The translations under genes were made by a program, and so were the position numbers. From NCBI RefSeq assembly GCF_003945235.1, contig NZ_RSDW01000001.1, positions 360,001 to 392,000 on the forward strand: a stretch of DNA of 32,000 nt, read 5' to 3'. Every line of letters starts with the position of its first letter. Within the stretch, counting starts at the first letter, position 1. Positions 8,065-16,468 of the stretch are shown one piece after another. The DNA comes from Edaphobacter aggregans (GTDB lineage: Bacteria; Acidobacteriota; Terriglobia; Terriglobales; Acidobacteriaceae). The notes under the pieces were generated by a model. That model saw only the letters and a program-made list of their open reading frames with translations, had not been told where the DNA came from and did no database searches.

Positions 8065-8727
8065 TTACCTATAAACCAAGCAACCCCGTGCCTCAAGATC
8101 ATCGATCCATCCATAGAACGGCAGTGAGCTAACCCAACGCAGGTCCAGCTTCTCAAGCCTGGGCAGCTTCGCGATGCCTGACGGCAAACTCGTCAATGGA
8201 TTCCCGCGCAAATCGAGCTGCCGCAGTTCTCTCATCTCGCTAATCGAAGCAGGCAACGTAGTCAATTCATTATTTCGAAGGTGAAGTTCACGGAGACTAG
8301 ACAGCTCTTCGATTCTGGAAGGAAGTTCTGAAATCTGATTGTCGGTCGCTCGAAGCTCGATCAGCCCAACCATGCCGAAGACCGCCTCCGGAAACTCCGA
8401 AAACTGGTTCTCGCTGACGTTCAGGTATCGCAGTTTTTTTAGATGACTCATCGACAGCGGCAACGATGTCAGTCGATTGTCATGCACGTAGAGGAAATCG
8501 CGCAGCCCTACAAGCTCTCCCACACTATCCGGTAACTTTGTCAGCTCGTTGTGCCCCAGATCAAGCATGCGCAGTCGTTGCAAATCGACAATTCGCTCTG
8601 ATATCTCGGCCAATCCGTTATCAGCAAGAACCAGCGTCTCCAGCTCCGTTCGTTGCCAGATCCAATCCGGTACTCGACCAAGGTTTTTCTTCCAGAGATT
8701 TAGATCGATGCCGGAGTCTTGATGCAT
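8065..8727 (-). CDS. leucine-rich repeat (LRR) protein, no signal peptide
   Basis: 220 aa with about 8 consecutive ~23-residue LRRs (LxxLxLxxNxLxxLPxxIxxL), for example LRMLDLGHNELTKLPDSVGELVG and LRELHLRNNELTTLPASISEMRE. The ATG at 8727 directly follows the TAG of the upstream gene. Confidence 0.85.
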   Translation of the reverse strand: MHQDSGIDLNLWKKNLGRVPDWIWQRTELETLVLADNGLAEISERIVDLQRLRMLDLGHNELTKLPDSVGELVGLRDFLYVHDNRLTSLPLSMSHLKKLRYLNVSENQFSEFPEAVFGMVGLIELRATDNQISELPSRIEELSSLRELHLRNNELTTLPASISEMRELRQLDLRGNPLTSLPSGIAKLPRLEKLDLRWVSSLPFYGWIDDLEARGCLVYR

Positions 8728-10515
8728 CTACGCCTTCGCAACCGCCTCATCCGCATACAGCCGAGCAATCTCATCCGCGTACTTCTTCTCCACAACCCGT
8801 CGTTTCAGCTTCAAACTCGGCGTCAGCTCACTCGTCTCCACGCTCCACTCATCCGGCACCACACATACCCGCTTGATGCTCTCAAAATGAGCCAGCTCCA
8901 AATTCACCCTGTCCACAATCTCCTGATAAGCCTTCACGACCTTCGCATCCTTCACCATCGCGCCGCGGTCTGCCTTCATGACACCATGTCCACTCGCCCA
9001 CTCCTCCAGCGCCGCAAAGTTCGGCGAGATCAGCACACACGCAAACTTATGCTTGTCACCCACCAGAGCCGCCTGCGCCACCAGCGTATTCGCCTTCAAC
9101 TTATTCTCAATCGGCTGCGGAGCAATCATCTTCCCGCCGCTAGTCTTCAACAACTCCTTCTTCCTGTCCGTAATCGAGAGGAACCCATCGGCATCCATAT
9201 TCCCGATATCCCCGGTCTTGAACCACCCATCCGCCGTAAACGCCTCAGCCGTCTCCTTGTCCTTCTTCCAATACCCAATAAAGATCGAAGGCCCCCTTAC
9301 CTCCAGCTCTCCATCCTCCGCAAACCTGCACTCGACATTCGACATCGCCTTCCCCACCGTCCCAATGCGATGAGCACGCGGATAATTCAACGAAATCACC
9401 GGCGAAGTCTCCGTCAACCCATACCCCTCAAAGATCCGGATCCCCGCATCCGCAAACCACCCCGCCGAATCCATCCCCAGCGGAGCCCCACCCGAAACAA
9501 ACACCTTAGCCTCGCCACCAAACGCCTCGCGAATCTTACCAAACACCAGCTTGTTTGCCAGCTTCCACCCCAACCCTCCCGGAGTCTTCCCCGCCAGCGT
9601 CTCCGCCCTGTGCTTCTTCCCCACCCCCAGCGCCCACTTCAAAATCCGCGACTTCACCGGCGACGCAGCCGACTTCCCCTCCACCGCCTGCCTGATCTTC
9701 TCGTACACACGCGGTACAGCAACAAAGATCGTCGGCTTCACCGCCTTCATCGCCACCGGCAGCAGATCGAACCGCGGACAATACGCCAGCCGCGTCCCGC
9801 AACACATCAGCGCATAGTCCAGATGCCTCGCCGTCACATGCGACAAAGGCAAAAACGAAATACAACAGTCCTGATCGGTAAAGCTGAATGGCCCCGTCGA
9901 CACATTCACATTGCTCGCCAGATTCCCATGCGTCAGCACAACACCCTTTGGCTCACCCGTCGTGCCCGACGTATAGATAATCGTCGCCAGATCCTCCGGC
10001 CGTGTCAGCTTCACCATCACATCAAACTCAGCATCACGCTGCTGCTTGGCCGGCGCCTCCGCCATCAAAGTCCAAAAGCTCTCCGCGCCTTCATACTCAC
10101 CGGCGTCCATCACAACGACATGCTCCAGCTCCGGCAACTCCCCCGCGGCGGCCACCTTCTCATACATCTCCCGCGACGACACCACCGCCACCCGCGCACC
10201 CGAATCCTTCAACATGTATCCAATCTGTTCCGGCGTCAGCGTCGGATACAGCGGAACATCCACCCCGCCAATCGCCATCGTCGCAAAGTCAGTCACCGGC
10301 CACTCCCACCGGTTCTCACTCAAAATCGCCACCCGATCGCCCTTACCCAACCCCCATCCACGAAACACATCAGCCAGCGCCCTTACCCGTCCATAAAGCT
10401 CGACCGAGCTAATCGGCTTCCACTCCCCCGCCGAATCCTGCCAAAGCATCACCGGCCGGTCACCCCGCCCCGTCGCCCTCACCAGCACATCATTCATCGT
10501 CTTCAGATCAAACAT
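8728..10515 (-). CDS. long-chain acyl-CoA synthetase (AMP-dependent synthetase/ligase)
   Basis: Carries the AMP-binding motif IIYTSGTTGEPKGVVLTHGNL, plus EGYGLTETSP, WFKTGDIG and ITDRKKELLKTSGGKMIAPQPIE. The track start at 10521 is a TTG. The ATG at 10515 has GAGG 10 nt upstream. Confidence 0.9.
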   Translation of the reverse strand: MFDLKTMNDVLVRATGRGDRPVMLWQDSAGEWKPISSVELYGRVRALADVFRGWGLGKGDRVAILSENRWEWPVTDFATMAIGGVDVPLYPTLTPEQIGYMLKDSGARVAVVSSREMYEKVAAAGELPELEHVVVMDAGEYEGAESFWTLMAEAPAKQQRDAEFDVMVKLTRPEDLATIIYTSGTTGEPKGVVLTHGNLASNVNVSTGPFSFTDQDCCISFLPLSHVTARHLDYALMCCGTRLAYCPRFDLLPVAMKAVKPTIFVAVPRVYEKIRQAVEGKSAASPVKSRILKWALGVGKKHRAETLAGKTPGGLGWKLANKLVFGKIREAFGGEAKVFVSGGAPLGMDSAGWFADAGIRIFEGYGLTETSPVISLNYPRAHRIGTVGKAMSNVECRFAEDGELEVRGPSIFIGYWKKDKETAEAFTADGWFKTGDIGNMDADGFLSITDRKKELLKTSGGKMIAPQPIENKLKANTLVAQAALVGDKHKFACVLISPNFAALEEWASGHGVMKADRGAMVKDAKVVKAYQEIVDRVNLELAHFESIKRVCVVPDEWSVETSELTPSLKLKRRVVEKKYADEIARLYADEAVAKA

Positions 10516-10569
10516 CCGCAACCTACCTCTTCCGCATCAGCTCCACTGAGCCGTAGAACCAACCCCGAT

Positions 10570-10604
10570 ACCTGACACCTGATACCTGATACCTGATACC
10601 TGAT
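10570..10604. repeat. heptanucleotide tandem repeat, 5 units (ACCTGAC then ACCTGAT x4)
   Basis: Read directly. Intergenic, between the tetR-family stop and the acyl-CoA synthetase start. Confidence 0.9.
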
Positions 10605-10630
10605 AGCCAAAACCCGAATAGCTATAAACC

Positions 10631-10693
10631 GTCATTCTGAGCGTTTCGTCATTCTGAGCACTTTGTCATTCTGAGTGCTGCGAAGAATCCGCG
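10631..10693. repeat. three tandem 17-bp heads of the dispersed element (GTCATTCTGAG at 10631, 10648, 10665), with the tail CTGCGAAGAATCCGCG after the third
   Basis: Read directly. The head is the same as in the copies at 1858, 11608 and 22766. Confidence 0.85.
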
Positions 10694-10724
10694 TATTTTG
10701 TTCGAAGCGCCACACTCCTACTCC

Positions 10725-11396
10725 CTACCCCCTACTCCCTATTCCCTGCAACAACACATCCATCACCTGAGCCGCCGTCACCTTCGCATCATAAACACGC
10801 CCAGTAAACACAGCAGAACTCAACAACTCATCGATCGCCCCAAACATGCAATGCGCGACCACCCCATCTGAAACATCGCGCCGAAAAATCCCCTCCTGCT
10901 GCCCCCGCCGAACCACCTCCCGCACTACCTGGATGTACTTCACCAGATGATGGTGCGAGAACTCCGCAATAAACCGCGCACTCTGCCGAACCTCCGTCTG
11001 CATCAGGATCGCCATGCTCCGGTTCACCGAGTGGCTCTCCAAATGCACCTGTGCGATGTACTCCAACTGCTCCCTCGGCCCCTTCACCGTCCGGAACGCC
11101 TCTTCCACCTGCTTATAGAACTTCGCAAACGTCGTATCGATCGCCGTCCGCAGCACATCATCCTTGCTCTTGAAGTACAGGTACACCGTCCCGTCAGCCA
11201 CCCCAGCCCGCTTTGCAATCTTGCTCACCGGCGAGTTGAAGTACCCATGCTCCGCAATCACCTCTACCGCCGCATCCAGAATCCGCTGATACTTCTCGCT
11301 CCCCGGCCCCGTCGCCGGTACTTGACCACTCGTCTGAACCCCACCCTCAACTGCCGCCTGTCCCACCGCTCGCTTCCTTTCAACCCCCGCTGTCAT
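10725..11396 (-). CDS. TetR/AcrR-family transcriptional regulator, FadR(YsiA)-like
   Basis: 223 aa. The HTH VSKIAKRAGVADGTVYLYFKSKDDVL closely resembles the Bacillus FadR/YsiA HTH (KIAKQAGVADGTIYLYFKNKEDIL, from memory). It lies upstream of an acyl-CoA synthetase gene. Confidence 0.88.
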   Translation of the reverse strand: MTAGVERKRAVGQAAVEGGVQTSGQVPATGPGSEKYQRILDAAVEVIAEHGYFNSPVSKIAKRAGVADGTVYLYFKSKDDVLRTAIDTTFAKFYKQVEEAFRTVKGPREQLEYIAQVHLESHSVNRSMAILMQTEVRQSARFIAEFSHHHLVKYIQVVREVVRRGQQEGIFRRDVSDGVVAHCMFGAIDELLSSAVFTGRVYDAKVTAAQVMDVLLQGIGSRG

Positions 11397-11607
11397 CTCT
11401 TCTGCCTCAGTCCGCGTCGCAACCCGGAATCTTCCGTCCCGCCACTCTAAAGAAACCGAGCCGGTTTGCCAAGAATGAACTGTGATTCACTCACCAAAAT
11501 GCATCTTTATACATTACCCACGTTTTTCCACAGCCGGATCTGCTCTAACTCCTCTCCACCCCACGGAGGGAAATCCACACCTCCCATCCACCAAATCCCT
11601 ACCGCCC

Positions 11608-11650
11608 GTCATCCTGAGCGAAGCGCAGCGGAGCCGAAGGACCCCGACAC
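11608..11650. repeat. dispersed intergenic element, copy C (GTCATCCTGAGCGAAGCGCAGCGGAGCCGAAGGACCCCGACAC)
   Basis: Same head as the other copies. The tail CGAAGGACCCCGAYAC is shared with the copy at 22766-22819. Confidence 0.7.
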
Positions 11651-11730
11651 CTCCCAACCCACCAAAGCCGCCAGACCCTTTTCAAGCAGTAATACCGTAG
11701 CTCGTCCCTCCGCATGAACCCCAAAGACAA

Positions 11731-11764
11731 GAACGCGGCCTCCTTCATCCAGGAGACCGCGTTC
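11731..11764 (-). terminator. intrinsic terminator of gltB
   Basis: On the minus strand: GAACGCGGTCTCC, an 8-nt loop, then GGAGGCCGCGTTC (13-bp stem, one mismatch), followed by TTGTCTTTGG. It lies about 80 nt after the gltB stop. Confidence 0.6.
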
Positions 11765-11846
11765 AACAAACCACACTTACCAGACTTCTCACCAGCTAAT
11801 GACCAGCAAACACCATCGTCTGCCACCCACTTTTACAACCGAACAA

Positions 11847-14800
11847 CTAGTGCTGAGGCTTAGGAGTCAGCCGGACAAACCCCTTCGCCAAGTTAGCCCA
11901 GTCCGCCAGCATAGCCTTCGCTAACCCACTGCCCGAGTGCTCCACGTGCATCTCAATCAACGCACGCAAGCTCTCCTGCGACTCAGCATCAACCGCATCA
12001 AACAATTCAGGATCAACAAAATCCGGATGATACTTCTTCCCCGACACGAAGGTTCCATCAGCGTCATACACCCACGCCAACCCGCCCGTCATGCCAGCCC
12101 CAAAGTTCATCCCAACCTTGCCCAGCACACCCACAAGGCCACCCGTCATGTACTCGCACCCATGGTCGCCAACACCTTCAACCACAGCCAAAGCACCCGA
12201 ATTCCTCACAGCAAACCGCTCTCCAGCCCGACCAGCCGCAAACAGCTTCCCGGCCGTAGCGCCATACAACGCGACATTGCCCAGAATCACATGCTGACCG
12301 CTGTTCTTAGCCGCCTGACCGCAGGCCTTAATGACGATCTCGCCACCAGATAAACCCTTGCCAACAAAGTCGTTAGCCTGTCCTTGGAGCACCAGCTTCA
12401 TGCCCTCCACAGCAAACGCTCCAAAGGACTGACCGACAGTACCGTGCAGGTTGTAGGTCACATCCACCGGAAGATCGCCCTGCGCTCGACGCAACGCAAT
12501 CTCGCCAGCCAGCCGCGAACCAACCGCGCGATCGCTGTTAGCAACCTTAGAATCAACAACATAGGGCAATCCAGCCTCAATCGCCGTCATTGTCGGAGCC
12601 ACCCATGCCTCATCGATCGGAGGCTTCGGCAACGGCTGATCATTCCTGATCCCCATCCAACGACCCGGAGCATCGCCCACCTTCGCGAGCATAGGCTCAA
12701 GGTTCAAATTGCCGTCAAACCTAACCTGCTCAAGCAGATCCACGCGCCCGACCGCCGCCTCAATCGACGGCAATCCATACCGCGCCAGCAGGTGCTGCAG
12801 ATCAGCCGAAAGCTGCTCAAAAAATCTAACCACATGCTCCGGCTTCCCTCGGAACTTCGCCCTCAACTCCGGCTTCTGTGTAGCAATGCCAGTCGGACAC
12901 GTATTCAGGTGACACTGCCGCGCCATATCGCAGCCCAGCACCACCAACACCGCCGTGCCAAAGGCAAACTCATCGGCCCCCAGCAACGCAGCAATCAGCA
13001 CATCCCGCGCCGTCGCCAATCCGCCATCGGTACGCAGCCGGACACGCCCACGCATGCCATTCTGTACCAGCACCTGCTGCGCCTCAGCCAGCCCAAGCTC
13101 CCACGGATTTCCCGCATACTTAATGCTCGAGAGCGCCGCGGCACCTGTTCCACCGGTATTGCCGGCAATCACGACATAGTCCGCATAGGCCTTAGCCACG
13201 CCCGCAGCCACGGTTCCAACGCCGCAACCCGAGACCAGCTTCACCCCAACCGCAGCGCGCGGATTCACACGCTTCAGGTCATAGATTAGCTGCGCCAGGT
13301 CTTCAATTGAGTAGATGTCATGGTGCGGAGGAGGCGAAATCAGAGAAACACCCGGCTGGGCATGCCGCAACCGCGCAATCATGCCGCTGACCTTGTGACC
13401 AGGCAGTTGTCCGCCCTCTCCCGGCTTCGCGCCCTGAGCCACCTTGATCTCAATCTCTTCGGCATGCGACAGGTACTCAGCAGTCACGCCAAATCGCCCC
13501 GAAGCCACCTGCTTGATCTTGTTATTCAGGGACACATGCACGGCAGGGGCTTCAACCACCGCCTCCGCAACTGCCGTACCGCCTCCCGCGTGGGCCTGCA
13601 GACTCGTTCCGCCAGCCGAAGGTCCATCACCAGCTTCCACAATCGGATGAACACGGTACACCGCAGCGTCCTCGCCACCCTCGCCCGTGTTCGACCGGCC
13701 GCCAAGAATATTCATTGCAGCCGTAATCGTCTGGTGCGCCTCAGGGCTCAGCGAGCCAAGCGACATAGCGCTCGCCACAAACCGTTTGCAAATGCTCGAA
13801 GGCAACTCAACGTCGCTAAGCGCAAGCTCAGGGCCAGCCGGACGAATCTCCAACAGATCACGCAGCACCGCAGGATCACGGGCGATCACATCCCGCGTGT
13901 AGATCGCGAACGCTCCAGCAGGATCAACCGGCTGCGGAACATTGCGAGCGCTTCCAACCACTGATTGCAGCGCCTTGACCGTCGGCGGTTGCCACGCATG
14001 AGGCTCCGACACATCAGCCTTGCGGAACCGCACCCAACCATAATCCGGCAGATCAGCAGACACCGGGACATTCTGATCAACCGGCTGCCAAGTCTGCCGA
14101 AGCTGACGCTCGACCTCGGTAAATCCAATTCCCGAAAGTGGAGCCGGAGTATCCACAAAGCACCGCTCCACCACGCTCGAGTGCAGCCCCAGGATGTCGA
14201 ACAGATGCGCCCCACGGTAGCTGTCCACCACCGAGATCCCCATCTTCGACATCACCTTCGCCAAACCAGCGTCGAGCGACTTCAGCATCTTCCGCTCCGC
14301 CTCGGACGCATCCGTCCCGGCAGGCGCAAGGCTCATTCCAGTCTCCAGCGCCAGCCACGGACACACCGCTCCCGCCCCGTACCCAATCAGAACAGCGGCG
14401 TGATGAATATCGCGGCAATCTCCCGCCTCAACCGCCAACCCGGCAAGCGTGCGCAAACCGGCCGAAACCAGCGCCTGATGCACCGCTCCCGTAGCCATCG
14501 CCATAGGAACCGGCAGCTTTTCGGCGCTAGCCGAACGATCCGAAAGCAGCAAAATCCGCGCACCATTTCTGACCAGCTCAATCGCCTGACCGCAAAGATC
14601 ATCAAGAGCTTGAACCAGCGAAACCTCAGGCCGGAAGACGCACGGAAGCTCCGCCATCCGAAGGTCAGCTTCATTCGGATACTGACGCTGCCGCAACGCC
14701 TCAACCTGCCCCAGCGAGAGGAACGGCGACTTAATCGAAACACCCGGCAACGGAGCATTCTTGTCCAGCATGTGGGGCCAGGGCCCCAACCGCGTATGCA

Positions 14801-16382
14801 GCGAAACCACGCAAGACTCGCGCAACGAGTCAATCGGCGGATTCGTCACCTGCGCAAACCGCTGGCGGAAGTACGCATAAATCGGCCGCGGCGACTTCGC
14901 CAAAAATGCCAGCGGCGTATCGTCTCCCATCGACCAGACCGCGTCTTTGCCCTCAGCCGCCATCGGTTGCAGGATCATCTTGACGTCTTCGCGCGTATAC
15001 CCAAAACCCCGCTGAGTGGCTGCCAGTGTTGCCGCATCGACAGGATTGGCCGTTGCAGCAACCAGCGGAGTGTCCTCCATCAGCGTCGCGTACGTAGCAC
15101 CCGCATCGAACAGTTCCAGCAGAGCCTCATCCTCATAGACCTTGTGAGTGACCAGGTCAACCAGCAGCATCTGCCCCGGCCCCAGCCGTCCGCTATGCGT
15201 TACCTCTTCCGGATCGAGATCGACCAGCCCAGCCTCAGAACCAGCCACCACCAATCCCTTGTTCGTAATAGCAAATCGACAAGGCCGCAGCCCGTTCCTG
15301 TCCAGAGCAGCACCAACCACCTTGCCATCGCTGAACGCCAGCGCCGCAGGCCCGTCCCATGGCTCCGCGCAGTCCGTGTGGTAACGCAAAAATAACGAAG
15401 ACTGGTGCCCTTCTGTAGCCGGCGGCAGCAGCATCCGGATCGCCTCGGCCAGCGTCCGCCCATTCTGTGAAAGCAGCTCCACCGCCTCATCCAAGCTGGT
15501 CGAGTCCGTCCCGCCCTGTGTCAGCACCGGCTTACACTCCACCGGCAGCGTAGAGTCCCGCGCCGTCATACGCGCCCGGTTTCCCCACACGGTATTGATC
15601 TCGCCGTTATGCCCCAGAGTCCTGCCCGGCTGCGCCCGATGCCACGTAGGCAGCGTATTCGTCGCATACCGCTGATGAAACACCGCAAACGGCGTTACGA
15701 AATCCTCCGAAGCCAAGTCCGGATAAAAATCCGCCAGAAAACTCCCCGCAACCATCGCCTTGTAGACAATCGTCTGCGACGACAACGAACAAATATAGCC
15801 AGTCACATCCCCACGTTCATGCGACCGCTCAAACTGCTTTCGCGCCAGATAGAGCCTGCGCTCCATCGTCCCCTGCTCGGCGCCTTTCCCATCGACCACC
15901 AACACCTGCCGAATCTTCGGCATCGTGCCCAGCGCCATCGCACCCAAAAATTCCGTCTTCACCGGCACATCGCGCCAACAAAGCACCTTAAAATCATGCG
16001 AAAGCAGACACCGCTCCAGCAAGCCCTCCGCACGTGTCTCTTCGTGAGGGATCAGCAGCATCCCAACCCCAAGCACCTGTCCCTCATCAATCGACAGATC
16101 CGCAGCCTGAACCAGCAAATTCCGGGGAACAGCGACCAAAACACCCACACCATCGCTGCTCTTACCATCCGCAGCCGTCGCCCCACGATGAGCCAGCCGC
16201 CCCAACGCCGTCAACGCCTGCTTTAAAATCTCATGATCAGGCGCACCATCCACCGCCGCAACGAATCCAACTCCACAGGAGTCATGATCAAAGCGTTCAT
16301 CAATCAGAGACGGCGAAACCCCGCGAGCCGAAGCAGAAGCTACGCGCACAGGGTTAAAAGCATTAGCGAGAGACCAATCCAT
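11847..16382 (-). CDS. gltB: glutamate synthase large (alpha) subunit
   Basis: 1511 aa. It has the Ntn-amidotransferase Cys after a propeptide (DHDSCGVGFVA), the FMN-domain motifs GEGGED, IKQVASGRFGV, KVAQGAKPGEGGQLPG and ISPPPHHDIYSIEDL, the Fe-S cysteines CxxxxxC (CDMARQCHLNTCPTGIATQ), and the C-terminal GXGDHGCEYMTGG beta-helix. Confidence 0.95.
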   Translation of the reverse strand: MDWSLANAFNPVRVASASARGVSPSLIDERFDHDSCGVGFVAAVDGAPDHEILKQALTALGRLAHRGATAADGKSSDGVGVLVAVPRNLLVQAADLSIDEGQVLGVGMLLIPHEETRAEGLLERCLLSHDFKVLCWRDVPVKTEFLGAMALGTMPKIRQVLVVDGKGAEQGTMERRLYLARKQFERSHERGDVTGYICSLSSQTIVYKAMVAGSFLADFYPDLASEDFVTPFAVFHQRYATNTLPTWHRAQPGRTLGHNGEINTVWGNRARMTARDSTLPVECKPVLTQGGTDSTSLDEAVELLSQNGRTLAEAIRMLLPPATEGHQSSLFLRYHTDCAEPWDGPAALAFSDGKVVGAALDRNGLRPCRFAITNKGLVVAGSEAGLVDLDPEEVTHSGRLGPGQMLLVDLVTHKVYEDEALLELFDAGATYATLMEDTPLVAATANPVDAATLAATQRGFGYTREDVKMILQPMAAEGKDAVWSMGDDTPLAFLAKSPRPIYAYFRQRFAQVTNPPIDSLRESCVVSLHTRLGPWPHMLDKNAPLPGVSIKSPFLSLGQVEALRQRQYPNEADLRMAELPCVFRPEVSLVQALDDLCGQAIELVRNGARILLLSDRSASAEKLPVPMAMATGAVHQALVSAGLRTLAGLAVEAGDCRDIHHAAVLIGYGAGAVCPWLALETGMSLAPAGTDASEAERKMLKSLDAGLAKVMSKMGISVVDSYRGAHLFDILGLHSSVVERCFVDTPAPLSGIGFTEVERQLRQTWQPVDQNVPVSADLPDYGWVRFRKADVSEPHAWQPPTVKALQSVVGSARNVPQPVDPAGAFAIYTRDVIARDPAVLRDLLEIRPAGPELALSDVELPSSICKRFVASAMSLGSLSPEAHQTITAAMNILGGRSNTGEGGEDAAVYRVHPIVEAGDGPSAGGTSLQAHAGGGTAVAEAVVEAPAVHVSLNNKIKQVASGRFGVTAEYLSHAEEIEIKVAQGAKPGEGGQLPGHKVSGMIARLRHAQPGVSLISPPPHHDIYSIEDLAQLIYDLKRVNPRAAVGVKLVSGCGVGTVAAGVAKAYADYVVIAGNTGGTGAAALSSIKYAGNPWELGLAEAQQVLVQNGMRGRVRLRTDGGLATARDVLIAALLGADEFAFGTAVLVVLGCDMARQCHLNTCPTGIATQKPELRAKFRGKPEHVVRFFEQLSADLQHLLARYGLPSIEAAVGRVDLLEQVRFDGNLNLEPMLAKVGDAPGRWMGIRNDQPLPKPPIDEAWVAPTMTAIEAGLPYVVDSKVANSDRAVGSRLAGEIALRRAQGDLPVDVTYNLHGTVGQSFGAFAVEGMKLVLQGQANDFVGKGLSGGEIVIKACGQAAKNSGQHVILGNVALYGATAGKLFAAGRAGERFAVRNSGALAVVEGVGDHGCEYMTGGLVGVLGKVGMNFGAGMTGGLAWVYDADGTFVSGKKYHPDFVDPELFDAVDAESQESLRALIEMHVEHSGSGLAKAMLADWANLAKGFVRLTPKPQH

Positions 16383-16468
16383 GCTTCACTATACGTCGGA
16401 CAAAACACGAAAACCACGAAAAATGCCCGTCCAACGCACCTTCCCTAGGAGTAAATAATTGTTCTTTG

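Noticed and set aside
10570-10693. The tandem 7-bp and 17-bp repeats as a possible degenerate CRISPR array.
   Set aside because: The units are far too short, they are contiguous without unique spacers, and no cas genes are present.
11466-11826. Small ORFs (83, 72 and 75 aa) in the 450-bp spacer between gltB and the tetR-family gene.
   Set aside because: They overlap each other and repeat copy C, they lack SD sequences, and they have P/S/T-rich low-complexity products.
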